Below are positions 25,651 through 36,034 of a stretch of 64,000 bases of DNA, one piece after another. Origin of the DNA: an uncultured Pseudanabaenaceae cyanobacterium (GTDB lineage: Bacteria; Cyanobacteriota; Cyanobacteriia; PCC-9006; JAAUQQ01); contig CALIGI010000001.1 in NCBI GenBank assembly GCA_938021205.1, positions 2,636 through 66,635 on the forward strand. The letters run 5' to 3'. Made by a program: the position numbers and the translations under genes. The notes below the pieces were generated by a model. It saw nothing but the letters and a program-made list of their open reading frames with translations, made no database searches and had not been told where the DNA came from. Numbering within the stretch: position 1 is the stretch's first letter; each line of letters opens with the position of its first letter.

Positions 25651-27300
25651 CTAGTTGGCCGCTGCTTCCAGCTCATCCTCCGACTTCAGCGAAACAAAGA
25701 ACTCCACCTCCGAAGTCTCAGCCTTCTCCCAGCGAGAGGCCATACCAACGCCTTCCACCATGCGCAATAGGTCCAACACCTGGGGATCAAGCTGTTGACT
25801 CAGGGGGGAATTTAGGGCCAGGGCCAACGCTTGCTCCACATTCACAAAGCCATAGCCCATAGCGTTCTTAGGCAAGTCTGCCATGATGCTCTGGAAGATA
25901 GGATTGCTGGGTAGGGATTCGACAGGGGCTTCGCTCATGTTAGCCACGAGGGTATCGCCTGTGGCGAGGAAGATGGAGTCCTCATCTAGCCAACCACGAC
26001 CGACGATCGCTTCTTCGCTACCAATGGGAGCCTGCCAAGCCGTAACCGCTTGCTTGCCGACGCTCTTCTCGCCCACCTTAAGCTGGTTGCCTGCGGCGAG
26101 TTTATCCAGCTTGGCAAACAATGCTTCGGTAGTGGGGCGATCGCCACTGTCCATAACAAACACAGCCCCCATGCCCACCTGACCCACCAAGCCTTCCTGA
26201 ACGGGAACGATGCCAAAGGCAAATTCGCCCGTCATCCAACCAAAGACTTCCTTGTCCAGATCCACATCAATTTGCTGAGAGGCATTACGCATCAAGTCAA
26301 ACACCATGGTGCTTTCCGGCAGGGCTTCGGATTGCTCCAGCATTTTGTCCCAGGACTGACTGATACCTTGACCGTTGAAAAAGGCAACGGTATTGGCAGG
26401 GAAGCGATTGACCGCCTCCCCTTGACCCGCTTGATAATCAGTGGGGCGAAGAGAGGGATCCAGTTCACTGGTGGCTTTCAAGCGCAGACCCGCTTCTTCC
26501 ACGGTGAGACCCGCGACAATGCTGTCGATTTTGCCCACTTGCTCCAAGGCTTCGGGAGACAAGGGGGACGCATCGGGAGACAACGCCATGATGTTGGTGA
26601 GCAGATCCCCATAGTCAGGGATGTAAAGGCGCAAGACAGAATCATCGCCGCCTTTGAGGGCCTGGGCCGCTCGGGGTAGATCTGCGAGAGAATCATCACC
26701 TTTGCTGGTTTCAATTGCCATTTCCACGGGTCGGCGAGTGGGCGCAATCACCAGACGTTGATTGAGAATGGCACTGTAGAACTTGCCCCCTTCGGGTGGG
26801 GTAATTTCAGACAGGGTAACGCCCTGGTGCTCGCTGGTTTCAATCTTGACTTCACCACCATCCTTGGCTTTGGTGAGGAGCTGCAATGCCTTGATGGGAT
26901 TATTGGTGCTAATCACCGCGAGCATTTCCGGAGCATCAGCGGATTCCACGCTGGTGGGGGGCAAAAGAGCCACCACGACATCCTCTAACAGGGGCAAGAT
27001 ATCATCGTCTAAGGACAGACCCGTGTCATCTAGAAAGGATTTTTTGAAGTCTTGTAGGGCTCCATCAGCCTGGGCCTGGGTTGCGGCACTGCCAAAATTG
27101 CCCAGGTTTTTCCAAGCCTCAGCATTGTTCGTCAGGGCCACAGCGGCCATAGCATCATCGGGAATAATCTCAGCGCTGCCATAGAGTCCTTCACCGCCGC
27201 CACCACCGGGCAGACCATTGAAGTAAACATAGGCTCCGGCCCCCCCTGCGATCGCAGCGGTTGCTCCCAAGGCGATCGCGCTCTTACGAATAAGACTCAT
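25651..27300 (-). CDS. DUF3352-like conserved cyanobacterial protein with an N-terminal membrane anchor
   Basis: The MSLIRKSAIALGATAAIAGGAGAYVYF anchor and the size and composition are typical of DUF3352 proteins (assignment from memory). Confidence 0.6.
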   Translation of the reverse strand: MSLIRKSAIALGATAAIAGGAGAYVYFNGLPGGGGGEGLYGSAEIIPDDAMAAVALTNNAEAWKNLGNFGSAATQAQADGALQDFKKSFLDDTGLSLDDDILPLLEDVVVALLPPTSVESADAPEMLAVISTNNPIKALQLLTKAKDGGEVKIETSEHQGVTLSEITPPEGGKFYSAILNQRLVIAPTRRPVEMAIETSKGDDSLADLPRAAQALKGGDDSVLRLYIPDYGDLLTNIMALSPDASPLSPEALEQVGKIDSIVAGLTVEEAGLRLKATSELDPSLRPTDYQAGQGEAVNRFPANTVAFFNGQGISQSWDKMLEQSEALPESTMVFDLMRNASQQIDVDLDKEVFGWMTGEFAFGIVPVQEGLVGQVGMGAVFVMDSGDRPTTEALFAKLDKLAAGNQLKVGEKSVGKQAVTAWQAPIGSEEAIVGRGWLDEDSIFLATGDTLVANMSEAPVESLPSNPIFQSIMADLPKNAMGYGFVNVEQALALALNSPLSQQLDPQVLDLLRMVEGVGMASRWEKAETSEVEFFVSLKSEDELEAAAN

Positions 27301-27499
27301 GGATTAGCTGTGAATAGGATTAACTGTGGGTTTCGAAACTTGTGGTATTGCCGGTTCGTCACAGCCTGAACAATAGCTGCGGGAACATCCCTAAAATAAA
27401 CAACCGCTTTGAGCGCAAGAATTCCCGAAAGTCCAGTAAATGTGACGAAGCGGAGCAGCCATAAGTTAACTCCAAGTCCATCGCGATCTTTCCATTGAC

Positions 27500-27946
27500 C
27501 TACGCAACCATTACCAACTGTCCTAGCTGCTGCAAGTCCAAGAGGAAAACACTGCTAGTCGCATCCGCTTCGCCCACCATAATCATTTGCTGGGCTAAAC
27601 CGTTCAGGTCTTTTTGGTAAGCCGAGGGCACATTATGGACCGTAGCCAAAGGGAGGTCCATCATCACCGGCGGGGTTTGAGTGGCGATCGCCAGGCGCTT
27701 ACCCACCCCAGTCACCACAAAAAAATGAGGCTTTACAACAACAGCCGTAGGCGTCAGCAATCGCCCCAGATCCAAAACCTCCAAAGGCTGATGTTCGAAA
27801 TACAGCAGATCCTTAATCTTGGGATCTTCCTGGAGCATCGCTCGGTGCACGATGCGATCGACGCTGTTCAGCGGTAGGGCAAAGCGAAAACCAGCGGCAT
27901 CAAAAACCACAGCTTTGCAGGTGGAGTTGGCATCAATTTGAGTCAT
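27500..27946 (-). CDS. CheW-like domain protein (second CheW of the locus)
   Basis: 148 aa. VVFDAAGFRFALPLNSVDRIV ... PLEVLDLGRLL is a CheW-like pattern. It lies directly downstream of the CheA-like gene. Confidence 0.65.
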   Translation of the reverse strand: MTQIDANSTCKAVVFDAAGFRFALPLNSVDRIVHRAMLQEDPKIKDLLYFEHQPLEVLDLGRLLTPTAVVVKPHFFVVTGVGKRLAIATQTPPVMMDLPLATVHNVPSAYQKDLNGLAQQMIMVGEADATSSVFLLDLQQLGQLVMVA

Positions 27947-28024
27947 GATCGGTGGGAAGGAGTATTGAGGATCGGTAATGGATTTGCCTAAGGAATGCCA
28001 TTGGGCCAGGTTAAATCTTCGTTT

Positions 28025-31000
28025 TTAAGCCCCCGTCACAGCCATTTTCTGCTTCAGTAATTGAGTGGCCGTATTGAGCAACTCATAGTCCGTGTAGGGC
28101 TTGCTGAGAAATTCTTCTGCGCCCAGCTCCAGCGCAAGCTGGCGGTATTTGCCACCACTGCGGGACGTGAGAATCGCGATGGGAACGCCCGCGATGCCTT
28201 CGATGCTGCGGCTCTGGCTCAAGAACTCAAAGCCGTTCATGCGGGGCATTTCTAGGTCGCAGAAGATCAAGTCCACATCGGCATTCTTTTGCAAGCTAAC
28301 CATGGCATCGAGGCCATCTTCTGCTTGGATGACTTCGTAGCCAACACCTCGGAGGGTACGTTCCAGGGTGCGGCGCTGGGTGAGGGAGTCATCAATAATG
28401 AGAATGCGGGGAGCACGATCCTCTGTCGGTTGAACCTGATCTGTTGTCTCGCGACGCCGGAGAGTGACGCTGCTGGCTTGGCTACCCGTTTCGCAAACTT
28501 GCTCCAGCAACAAGCTGGGTTCAATGGCCAAAGCCAAGTGAGCATCACCCAGAACCGTACAGCCCTGGATATAAGCTGGCGGCGCGATAGTAGCCCCCAT
28601 AGCGCGGATAGATAACTCCTGCTCGCCCAAGACCTGATCGACTTGGATGCCTCGCAGGCCATCACTACAGGAAACCAACAGCACGGGCTGCATCACCACA
28701 GCATCACCATCATTGCTCGCTGTGGGGGGATGGGCGTAGTCCACTAGCTCCGAGAGGTTGAGCACCGGAATAATGGAATCTTCATCGCCCTGACGCAGGG
28801 TCAAAACCTGTCGGCCATCGCTGAGGATGCGCAGTTGCTCGCCGCGAGGCAGGAGCACCTGCTCGATCGCATCGGCGGCGATGGCATAGGTGGTGCCTTT
28901 GCTGCGACAGATCAACTGCTTGGTGATGGTGACGGCGAGGGGGAACTGGAGGATAAAGCTGGTCCCTTTTCCAGGCTCAGAGCGAATCGAGAGGTTGCCA
29001 TCTAGAGCTTCGATTTGGGAGCGCACCACGTCCAAGCCCACGCCCCGACCGGAAAGGTCGCTGACGGCGGCGGCGGTGGAGAAGCCGGAGTGGAACATTA
29101 ACTCCAACAGTTGCCCTTCGGTAACATCTTCCACTTCTGTGGCGCTGAGCAATTCCTGGGCGATCGCTTTCTCAGCAATACGTTCTAAATTGACACCCTT
29201 ACCATCATCGCGAATCTCGATCACCGTGCGATTGCCCTGCTGATAAGCCGAAAGCTCAACCCGCCCCTTAGGGGACTTGCCTGCAGCTTGGCGTTCTTCT
29301 GGGGTCTCAATACCATGATCGAAGGCATTGCGAACCAGATGCAATAGGGAGTCGTAGAGGGAGTCTAGGGTGACCTTATCGATCAGGACATGCTTGCCAA
29401 AAAGACCCAACTCCACCTGCTTACCGTAGGTCGTACTCAGTTGCTGTAGCACCCGAGGGAAGCGCTGGAACAGTTCTCCCACGGGCTTGAGGCGAACAGA
29501 AGCCAGGTCGTCACGGAGTTGACGAAACAACCGCTGGCGACCATCACAAATCTGTTGATTCTGCTTGGTTTGCTGCTCCAGAGCTTCAATCACGATCTCC
29601 AGCTGGACGGACTCATTCAGCGCTTTTTGAGTGACGATGTGGAGATCGCTGTAGCGGTCCATTTCTAAAGCATCGAACTGCTCACTCAGGGCCACTTGGG
29701 GCGGCAAGTGAGGAATCGCAGGGGCGGGCTTGGCATTCGATTTTTGGGGATAGCGCGCAATGCTAGCCAGGGCATCGGCATCACGCTGGGCCTTGGAGAA
29801 ACCCCACTCGTCTGTGCCACCTTGCTGGACCGCTGTTTGCAGGTCGCTGAGGGTCCGGCGGTGGGTCCGCAACTGGGCAAGCAGCTCCAGAATGCCTTGG
29901 CGCAGTTGATCATCTTGTTCAGAAGACTGAATTTGATTGGTGAGCAGTTCACCCACGAGGTGATCTAGGCGTAGCACCTGGTCTAGGCCTACGCGCATGG
30001 TCACCTTAGATTCTCGCCCCCGGCTGAGCTTAGTAGAGCTTGAGGCAATCAGGGTGGCTGCTTTGGAACTGCGACGGGCTTGGGGCGTTGCCGGTGTACT
30101 GGCGGCGGGTGACTTTGCGGCGGACTGCGCCTGGGACATGGCAATAGCAGCAGCGGTACCAGCGAGACTGGGCTCCGGTGCCATAGGTTCCTCAACCTTG
30201 TCAGCCGCTGTTTGCGTTAGAGCAACTTCCGGGGTGGCTTCTGCTTCTTCACGGGACGTAACGGTGTCTGCAATAGTCGTTGATTCAACCTCGCCAAACA
30301 GATCATCTAGGTTGGCTAGGGGAGCATCAATGGTCTCTGGAATACCTAGCGCTTCGGGACTTTCCCCCATACCCATAGGACTGGGAGCCATGGCGGTTGC
30401 CCCCGTAGCAGATAAATCTGGCACAGTGACATCTTGCTCTTCATCATCGAGATCGCCAAATAGCGACTCCAATTGACCGTCTAGCATGTCGGGGATGTCA
30501 GCAGAATCATCACCAGCAGTTAAGCCTGCCGCGACCGGTTCCTGAGGTGTAATCGCCGGTATGACTTCACCAATGCCACCAAAGAGGCCTTCCAATCCGC
30601 CAATGTCAAGATTGTCGGGCAGGTTGCTAGGAATATCCGTTGCTGCAACACCAGCATCGGTGATGTTGTTGGCAGCCATGCCGACTCCACTATTGCTAGC
30701 TTCGGAGACTAAGGCTATCAATGTCTCGGAAGGCTGACCACCCTGCTCGCGATCGCCCTCCAGAACTAATTGCTGCCCAGCCCGCAGGTCCTCATAGGAC
30801 TGTTGTAACAGCGCCAAATGACCCGGCTGACTGGCTAGGCCATCCAGGGTAATCTGGGCAATGCTACCAAAGCCCGGCAGTTGCAAAGATTCTGCTAGGC
30901 CCAAAAAGACTTCACAGGTCGTTTGTAGCGTTGTGGCAATCTCGTCGGGGTTAGCACCATCTGCCAAGGCCGTTTGCAGCGTATTGAGACGCTGCTCCAC

Positions 31001-31483
31001 ACCCACCTCAAACATGGACTTAACCACGTCAAAGCCCAGCTCTTCCGCTGTGGGAATAGGGGTTTCGCGATCGAACAAATCGCCCAGTTTGTCCTGCAAC
31101 CGAGAAATGATCGCCGCTGCCCGATTAAAGATGTCCGATTCATCGACGGAGCTGCCGTTGATTTCGGCCATCAGGGGCGTCCGTAGGCAGTCATAGCCCT
31201 CAAACAGTAGGGCCTCTACCTCATCATCAATTTCAATATCGGGGTTATAGAGGGCACGGAAGACATCCTCCAGGACATGGGCCACATGCTTCACCGTTTC
31301 CAGACCCACCGTTGCCGCTGCACCTTTGAGGGTGTGGGCATAGCGCATCAGGCTATGGACACGGGCAGAGGTGCGGTCTTCCCGCAAGCTCAGCAGATCC
31401 TGCTCAATATTTTGCAGCAGGTCTGTCGCCTCATTGACGAAATAGGGAAAAGCTTCTTCGCGGAAAGAGGAGTCGGTGGACAT
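28025..31483 (-). CDS. Hybrid CheA-like histidine kinase (Hpt - long acidic linker - HATPase - CheW - REC), PixL/PilL-like
   Basis: Hpt: MRYAHTLKGAAATVGL. HATPase: HLVRNAFDHGIE, IRDDGKGV, GRGVGLDVV. REC: ILIIDDSLTQRR...DLIFCDLEMPRMNGFEFL. Confidence 0.9.
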   Translation of the reverse strand: MSTDSSFREEAFPYFVNEATDLLQNIEQDLLSLREDRTSARVHSLMRYAHTLKGAAATVGLETVKHVAHVLEDVFRALYNPDIEIDDEVEALLFEGYDCLRTPLMAEINGSSVDESDIFNRAAAIISRLQDKLGDLFDRETPIPTAEELGFDVVKSMFEVGVEQRLNTLQTALADGANPDEIATTLQTTCEVFLGLAESLQLPGFGSIAQITLDGLASQPGHLALLQQSYEDLRAGQQLVLEGDREQGGQPSETLIALVSEASNSGVGMAANNITDAGVAATDIPSNLPDNLDIGGLEGLFGGIGEVIPAITPQEPVAAGLTAGDDSADIPDMLDGQLESLFGDLDDEEQDVTVPDLSATGATAMAPSPMGMGESPEALGIPETIDAPLANLDDLFGEVESTTIADTVTSREEAEATPEVALTQTAADKVEEPMAPEPSLAGTAAAIAMSQAQSAAKSPAASTPATPQARRSSKAATLIASSSTKLSRGRESKVTMRVGLDQVLRLDHLVGELLTNQIQSSEQDDQLRQGILELLAQLRTHRRTLSDLQTAVQQGGTDEWGFSKAQRDADALASIARYPQKSNAKPAPAIPHLPPQVALSEQFDALEMDRYSDLHIVTQKALNESVQLEIVIEALEQQTKQNQQICDGRQRLFRQLRDDLASVRLKPVGELFQRFPRVLQQLSTTYGKQVELGLFGKHVLIDKVTLDSLYDSLLHLVRNAFDHGIETPEERQAAGKSPKGRVELSAYQQGNRTVIEIRDDGKGVNLERIAEKAIAQELLSATEVEDVTEGQLLELMFHSGFSTAAAVSDLSGRGVGLDVVRSQIEALDGNLSIRSEPGKGTSFILQFPLAVTITKQLICRSKGTTYAIAADAIEQVLLPRGEQLRILSDGRQVLTLRQGDEDSIIPVLNLSELVDYAHPPTASNDGDAVVMQPVLLVSCSDGLRGIQVDQVLGEQELSIRAMGATIAPPAYIQGCTVLGDAHLALAIEPSLLLEQVCETGSQASSVTLRRRETTDQVQPTEDRAPRILIIDDSLTQRRTLERTLRGVGYEVIQAEDGLDAMVSLQKNADVDLIFCDLEMPRMNGFEFLSQSRSIEGIAGVPIAILTSRSGGKYRQLALELGAEEFLSKPYTDYELLNTATQLLKQKMAVTGA

Positions 31484-31538
31484 GGCGGCAGGAAAGGAGA
31501 GGGCGGGAAGAGTCGGGGCTTGGAAGAGAGAGTCTTAA

Positions 31539-31669
31539 CGTAGGTTGGGTTGAGGCTTCCGAAACCCAACAGGTTCAGGTAGTAGCTTTGTCTCGTTAGG
31601 GTTGAAGCATGAAACCCAACAAGCTTGAGCTTGGGCCTGTTGGGTTTCATGCTTCAACCCAACCTACGA
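31539..31669. repeat. MITE-like repeat family C forming a 23-bp stem hairpin inside the chemotaxis operon
   Basis: cgtaggttgggttgaggcttccgaaacccaaca (31539-31571). gggttgaagcatgaaacccaaca (31599-31621) pairs perfectly with tgttgggtttcatgcttcaaccc (31639-31661). Confidence 0.8.
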
Positions 31670-31690
31670 GTTACCGATCGCGGGGTTTGG

Positions 31691-34600
31691 TTAGACCTTG
31701 AACTTGCCAACAGTGGCCTGGAGATCTTCTGCCGTCGCCAGCAGTTCCTTGAAGGAGTCGGAGATGTCTAAGGATTCCTTCGAGGTCTCGGAGGCTAGCT
31801 CGGTCACACCGTTCATGGTTTTGGCGACGGACTTGAACTGCTTGGACTGGCTGTTGGCAGAGAGGGTGATGCCCTCGACGAAGCTACTGATTTGAGCGGT
31901 GGCTTCGACGATTTCCGTCAGGCTCTCGCGGGTCTCATTCACCAGGTTGGTCCCGCTGACGACTTGGTCAATACCGGTATCCATGGCCTGGGTTACCGCG
32001 CTGGTTTCAGCTTGGATTTCCTGGACCAGCTTTTCGATTTCCGTGGTCGCTTCCGCAGACTGGCGAGCCAGGGAGCGGACTTCGTCGGCAACCACTGCGA
32101 AGCCTCGACCATATTCACCGGCGCGGGTGGCTTCGATGGCGGCGTTGAGAGCCAGAAGCTGGGTTTGAGTGGTAAAGTCACCAATCAGGCTGACCACGCG
32201 GGAAATCTTTTGGGAAGATTCGCTCAGGCGCTTAATCTTCTTACTGGTCTCGGACACGGTGGAACGAATGGCCATGATGCCGTCCACAGTGCGGTTCATG
32301 GCGTTGTCGCCACGTTTGACCACTTGGTTAGCCTGCTGAACCGCAGCTTCAACACCTTGGGCGGTGGTAACCACTTCTTCGGTGGCATCCTGCATACTCT
32401 GAATTTCGTTCAGGGCTTGCTCAACCACATGAACTTCCTTTTGGGCCTTCGTGGAGAGTTGAGCGATCGCCTCACCACTGGTCTGAGACGTGGAGCTCAC
32501 TTGAGTGGCCGCTTCCTTCACCTGGACCACGATGCTGCGCAGGGCATGGATGGTGTTGTTGTAAGCATCAGCAACAGTGCCCACCTCGTCTTCGGTGACG
32601 GGAGCACGGACGGTGAGGTCACCCCGCAGGGCAGGCGCTACAGCTCGTAGGAGTTCTACAACTTCGCGCTGGAATTCCTCTTTGGCTGCTTTCTCGCGGG
32701 CAACCACAGCACCCAGCTCGTTGGATTTCTTTTGAATCTCTGTGACGAACTCGGCTTGTTGTAGGGCAACGCCACACTGGGTCGAAATTTGCGCAATCAG
32801 TTTACGGTCTTCTTCTTGCCAAGCCCGAGTCTCGCCATGGTAGACGGCCAACATTCCCCATAACTTGTCCCCCACAAAGATTCCAGTCATCAGGTAAGCA
32901 CGGGCACCAATGCCATCCATGGCTTCCATGAAGTCGCCCGGTAGATCATGGGCCTCAATGTCATCGAGGAAGAAGCCGCTGGAGGTGTAATCCCGGCCTT
33001 CTTTGATGCTAATTTCCGCAATTTTCACATCACGACTGTCTTGAGGCATCCCTTCGGGGCGCAGGCTGGTGAGGCTATGGCAGTTACCCATGTCGGCACT
33101 AAAGCCCTTGCCCAGGATGGAGTTGAGGCGAGAGCCCACGGACTCGGCAATGAAAGTACCGCTCCAGTCCTGGTTAAATTTGTAGATAACAGCGCGATCG
33201 CAGTTCATGAAGCGACGAATTTCCTTCGTCGTCACCTTGAAGACCTGATCGGTATCAAAGCTTCCGCGAATGCGATCAATGATGCTGCTGGCGAGTTGTT
33301 CACGCTTGGCTGCTTCAAAGAGTTGATTCGTCTGATCTTTGACTTGCTGAACCGTGCGGGACATTTGTAATGCGGTGTTGAGCGGGGTCGCCAAGTTGAC
33401 CATTAAGCTCGCTTCACCCATGGTCCATGCACGAGGACCGCTGTTTTGATAAGCGCAAAGAATGCCCCAGAACTTACCATCTTGGAAAATGGGGGCATGG
33501 ATATAGGCCCGGCATTGGAACTTCTCAAGGGTCTCAATATAGCAATCTGAGAAGCCCATGGCATAGACATCATCAACCTTGCGGTAGGGTACGCCATGGT
33601 TGAATTGACCGCCATTGGTGGCCCGGAACAGCGCATTGTCCTTTTCAAAGGTGATGACTTGCTCATCGTCGGGATAGAGGTTCACGAAGGAGCAGTTGTC
33701 CGGCAGGATATAGCTGCAAAATGCCTGATCCCGCTCCTGTTCCTTAAGGATAGAAACCCAGCCTTTACCGACAGCTTCGGCAACGACCTTGCCACTCCAG
33801 TCTTCGTTGCATTGGTAAATCACGGCGCGATCGCAATTGAGTGCCTTGCGAATCGCTGAGGTTGCGGTGCGGAAAATGCCTTCAACACCTTCTGCTCGCT
33901 GAATTTGCTCAATCACCTTGACCAGAGCTGCCCCATGGTCAACTTGCTGCTGAAACGCAAATTCAAACTCTAGTGCTTGCAGCTTGAGGCGGATTTCGGT
34001 GACGACTTGATAGAGTAAGTCAATTTCAAAGTCGCGCCATTGGCGCTCCTGCTTACACTGATGAACAACGAGGAACCCCCAGGGCTTTTCGTTAAGCACC
34101 ACAGGCAAAGCCAGGCTTGCCTTAACCTGATACTGGTCCATGAGCTGGTGCTGATAAGGCGAGAACTCCAGCTCCTGATCGCGGCTAAAGGCAGAAACTT
34201 GATTTTTCTGATAGTCCTCTAGATTGCCACTACCCAAGAAAACAAGAGGCAAGTGTTGGCCCAGAGCTGGCGTCCAACCCTGAACGACAGCCTCTGCTTC
34301 TACTAAACCTTGCTCAGGAGAAGTGCAGCGGTAAAAGATAACGCGGTCTGCTTGAAGGGCTTCTAAGGTTTTCAAGACCGCAGCTTTCATGACCGCTTCG
34401 CGATCGGTGGCGCTGCGAATTTCTACAGCAACGGTTTGAACCTGAGCACGAAGCTGTTTCAGCCCTTCTTGGTTCAGCGCGTCGGTGCGTACATGCTGCT
34501 GCACAGCAGTTATCACGGCTTCTTCAATTTGCTGACGGTTGGGGATGTGGTCTGTACTTTGGCGTTGACCATCAACCTGGGTAGGCATGAGGGAATAGGG

Positions 34601-34933
34601 AACCGTAATAAATTTGCTGTTGTCGCCGGCCATTGCTGGATATCCTTGTTGATTCTGACCTTGACTGTTTTGAGTGGCAGACTGGGGTGAATAGGTGCGA
34701 TCGCCGCCGTTTTGACGCAGGTTCTGAACGTAATTCCCCGTCGGATCCGCCTCAACTGAAGCAGCACTGGACGGAGTCTTGCTGGCCGGTAGTTGGGGGC
34801 GGTTGGGATTGGTGGCTTGGGGCAGTTCACCTTCGTCATAGACAAAAACCTCTTGGAGGCGATCGTCGATTTTCTGGGAGTCGCCCACGTTAGAAGTGGA
34901 CTCAGACTGGGGACGGCGTTGGAAAATTTTCAT
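31691..34933 (-). CDS. Soluble methyl-accepting chemotaxis protein with three GAF domains, PixJ/TaxD-like
   Basis: Three GAF cores (DRVIFYRC..., CDRAVIYQC..., CDRAVIYKF...). The C-terminal MA domain contains [38 protein letters not shown]. No TM segment is present. Confidence 0.9.
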   Translation of the reverse strand: MKIFQRRPQSESTSNVGDSQKIDDRLQEVFVYDEGELPQATNPNRPQLPASKTPSSAASVEADPTGNYVQNLRQNGGDRTYSPQSATQNSQGQNQQGYPAMAGDNSKFITVPYSLMPTQVDGQRQSTDHIPNRQQIEEAVITAVQQHVRTDALNQEGLKQLRAQVQTVAVEIRSATDREAVMKAAVLKTLEALQADRVIFYRCTSPEQGLVEAEAVVQGWTPALGQHLPLVFLGSGNLEDYQKNQVSAFSRDQELEFSPYQHQLMDQYQVKASLALPVVLNEKPWGFLVVHQCKQERQWRDFEIDLLYQVVTEIRLKLQALEFEFAFQQQVDHGAALVKVIEQIQRAEGVEGIFRTATSAIRKALNCDRAVIYQCNEDWSGKVVAEAVGKGWVSILKEQERDQAFCSYILPDNCSFVNLYPDDEQVITFEKDNALFRATNGGQFNHGVPYRKVDDVYAMGFSDCYIETLEKFQCRAYIHAPIFQDGKFWGILCAYQNSGPRAWTMGEASLMVNLATPLNTALQMSRTVQQVKDQTNQLFEAAKREQLASSIIDRIRGSFDTDQVFKVTTKEIRRFMNCDRAVIYKFNQDWSGTFIAESVGSRLNSILGKGFSADMGNCHSLTSLRPEGMPQDSRDVKIAEISIKEGRDYTSSGFFLDDIEAHDLPGDFMEAMDGIGARAYLMTGIFVGDKLWGMLAVYHGETRAWQEEDRKLIAQISTQCGVALQQAEFVTEIQKKSNELGAVVAREKAAKEEFQREVVELLRAVAPALRGDLTVRAPVTEDEVGTVADAYNNTIHALRSIVVQVKEAATQVSSTSQTSGEAIAQLSTKAQKEVHVVEQALNEIQSMQDATEEVVTTAQGVEAAVQQANQVVKRGDNAMNRTVDGIMAIRSTVSETSKKIKRLSESSQKISRVVSLIGDFTTQTQLLALNAAIEATRAGEYGRGFAVVADEVRSLARQSAEATTEIEKLVQEIQAETSAVTQAMDTGIDQVVSGTNLVNETRESLTEIVEATAQISSFVEGITLSANSQSKQFKSVAKTMNGVTELASETSKESLDISDSFKELLATAEDLQATVGKFKV

Positions 34934-34961
34934 GACAATGGACTTCGCAGGAAGCTAGGCG

Positions 34962-35603
34962 TTATGAGCGTTGTAGTTGGAGATGTTCAATTAGGGCGCT
35001 GGCACTAAAAACAGGGCTACAGGAACGCGTCAGATAGCCTGCGAGGAAAGGCAGCAGTTGGGAGGAGAACAAATCAGCAGATGGCGGTTGAATTTGTTGA
35101 GTGGCATGGGTTTCAATGTCCATCACCTTAGGAACAACCAGGCCGAGTGACTCACCTGCGGCTTGGATCGTAATTATGTTCAGGGATTGCTGGGCGCGAT
35201 TGAGGGCCTGCCAAGGCTGGGCCGCAGAGCTGGTGGGCGCTGTTTCTAAACCTAGGAGCAGTGCCAGATCCACCATCCAGAGAATGGAGCCTCGACAATT
35301 GGAAACCCCCAGAATGGAACGAGGCATTCCGGGAACCCGCAGCAGCCCAAGTTTCGGGACCTGCAAAACCTCCTGAATGCTGCTGATCGGCAGTAGCGCG
35401 CTCTCATTACCTTGGAGGTAAAAGCGCAGCAGGCGCTGTTCTTCAACAGCGGCTGCAACTGGATTAGTGTTGCTCCCTTGGCTATCACTGTTGCCTTGAT
35501 TCAGCCAAGTTTGCAGTCCAGCGGTGGCCTCAGCGTTCAGCTCAGTGGGGCTATCCTTCAGGGCAATAGAGTTCTCTGGGGCCAAATTAGAGGAGGTCGT
35601 CAT
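34962..35603 (-). CDS. CheW-like coupling protein (PixI/PilI-like)
   Basis: CheW pattern LLRFYLQGNESALLPISSIQEVLQV...ILGVSNCRGSILWMVDL. I chose the start at 35603 (MTTSS...), 5 nt after the upstream stop. Confidence 0.8.
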   Translation of the reverse strand: MTTSSNLAPENSIALKDSPTELNAEATAGLQTWLNQGNSDSQGSNTNPVAAAVEEQRLLRFYLQGNESALLPISSIQEVLQVPKLGLLRVPGMPRSILGVSNCRGSILWMVDLALLLGLETAPTSSAAQPWQALNRAQQSLNIITIQAAGESLGLVVPKVMDIETHATQQIQPPSADLFSSQLLPFLAGYLTRSCSPVFSASALIEHLQLQRS

Positions 35604-35607
35604 AGCA

Positions 35608-35973
35608 TTAGGCCTTAACAAGCTTGCGAACGATCGTTTCAAACTCTTGGGGGTCCACTGGTTTGGCACAGTAGGCATCGGCCCCGAGCATGTCACCCCA
35701 TAGCTTGTCGGTCTCAGTATTTTTCGTGGAGCAAATCATCACGGGAATACTGTCTGTGGTCGGGTCGCTCTTCAGCTCACGGCAGAGCTCGAATCCACTC
35801 TGGCCCGGGAGAATCACATCCAGAACAATTAAGTCCGGTGTGCCCTTGCTGAGATGCTCCTTGGCTTCTTCGCAGCTATTAGCCCAAAGCACTTGGAGGC
35901 CCAAGCCCTTGAGGTAGCGTGTGATGACTTCGACTTCAGTCAGGCTATCTTCAACGAGTAATGCGGTGCTCAT
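35608..35973 (-). CDS. CheY-like single-domain response regulator (PixH/PilH-like)
   Basis: MSTALLVEDSLTEVEV...DLIVLDVILPGQSGFELC...CAKP. I chose the start at 35973; the track ORF extension overlaps the upstream gene. Confidence 0.85.
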   Translation of the reverse strand: MSTALLVEDSLTEVEVITRYLKGLGLQVLWANSCEEAKEHLSKGTPDLIVLDVILPGQSGFELCRELKSDPTTDSIPVMICSTKNTETDKLWGDMLGADAYCAKPVDPQEFETIVRKLVKA

Positions 35974-36034
35974 GATCAAAATTGAGAAACGATTGAAAAA
36001 GCAAGTTGTGAGTAGATGAGCGGGCTTTAAGCCT

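Noticed and set aside
31390-31650. Track ORFs that translate MITE sequence. Examples are 31390-31650 (-), 9744-9953 (-) and the tail of 9751-10056 (-).
   Set aside because: The reading frames run through palindromic repeat DNA that occurs in several non-coding contexts, so they do not encode proteins.
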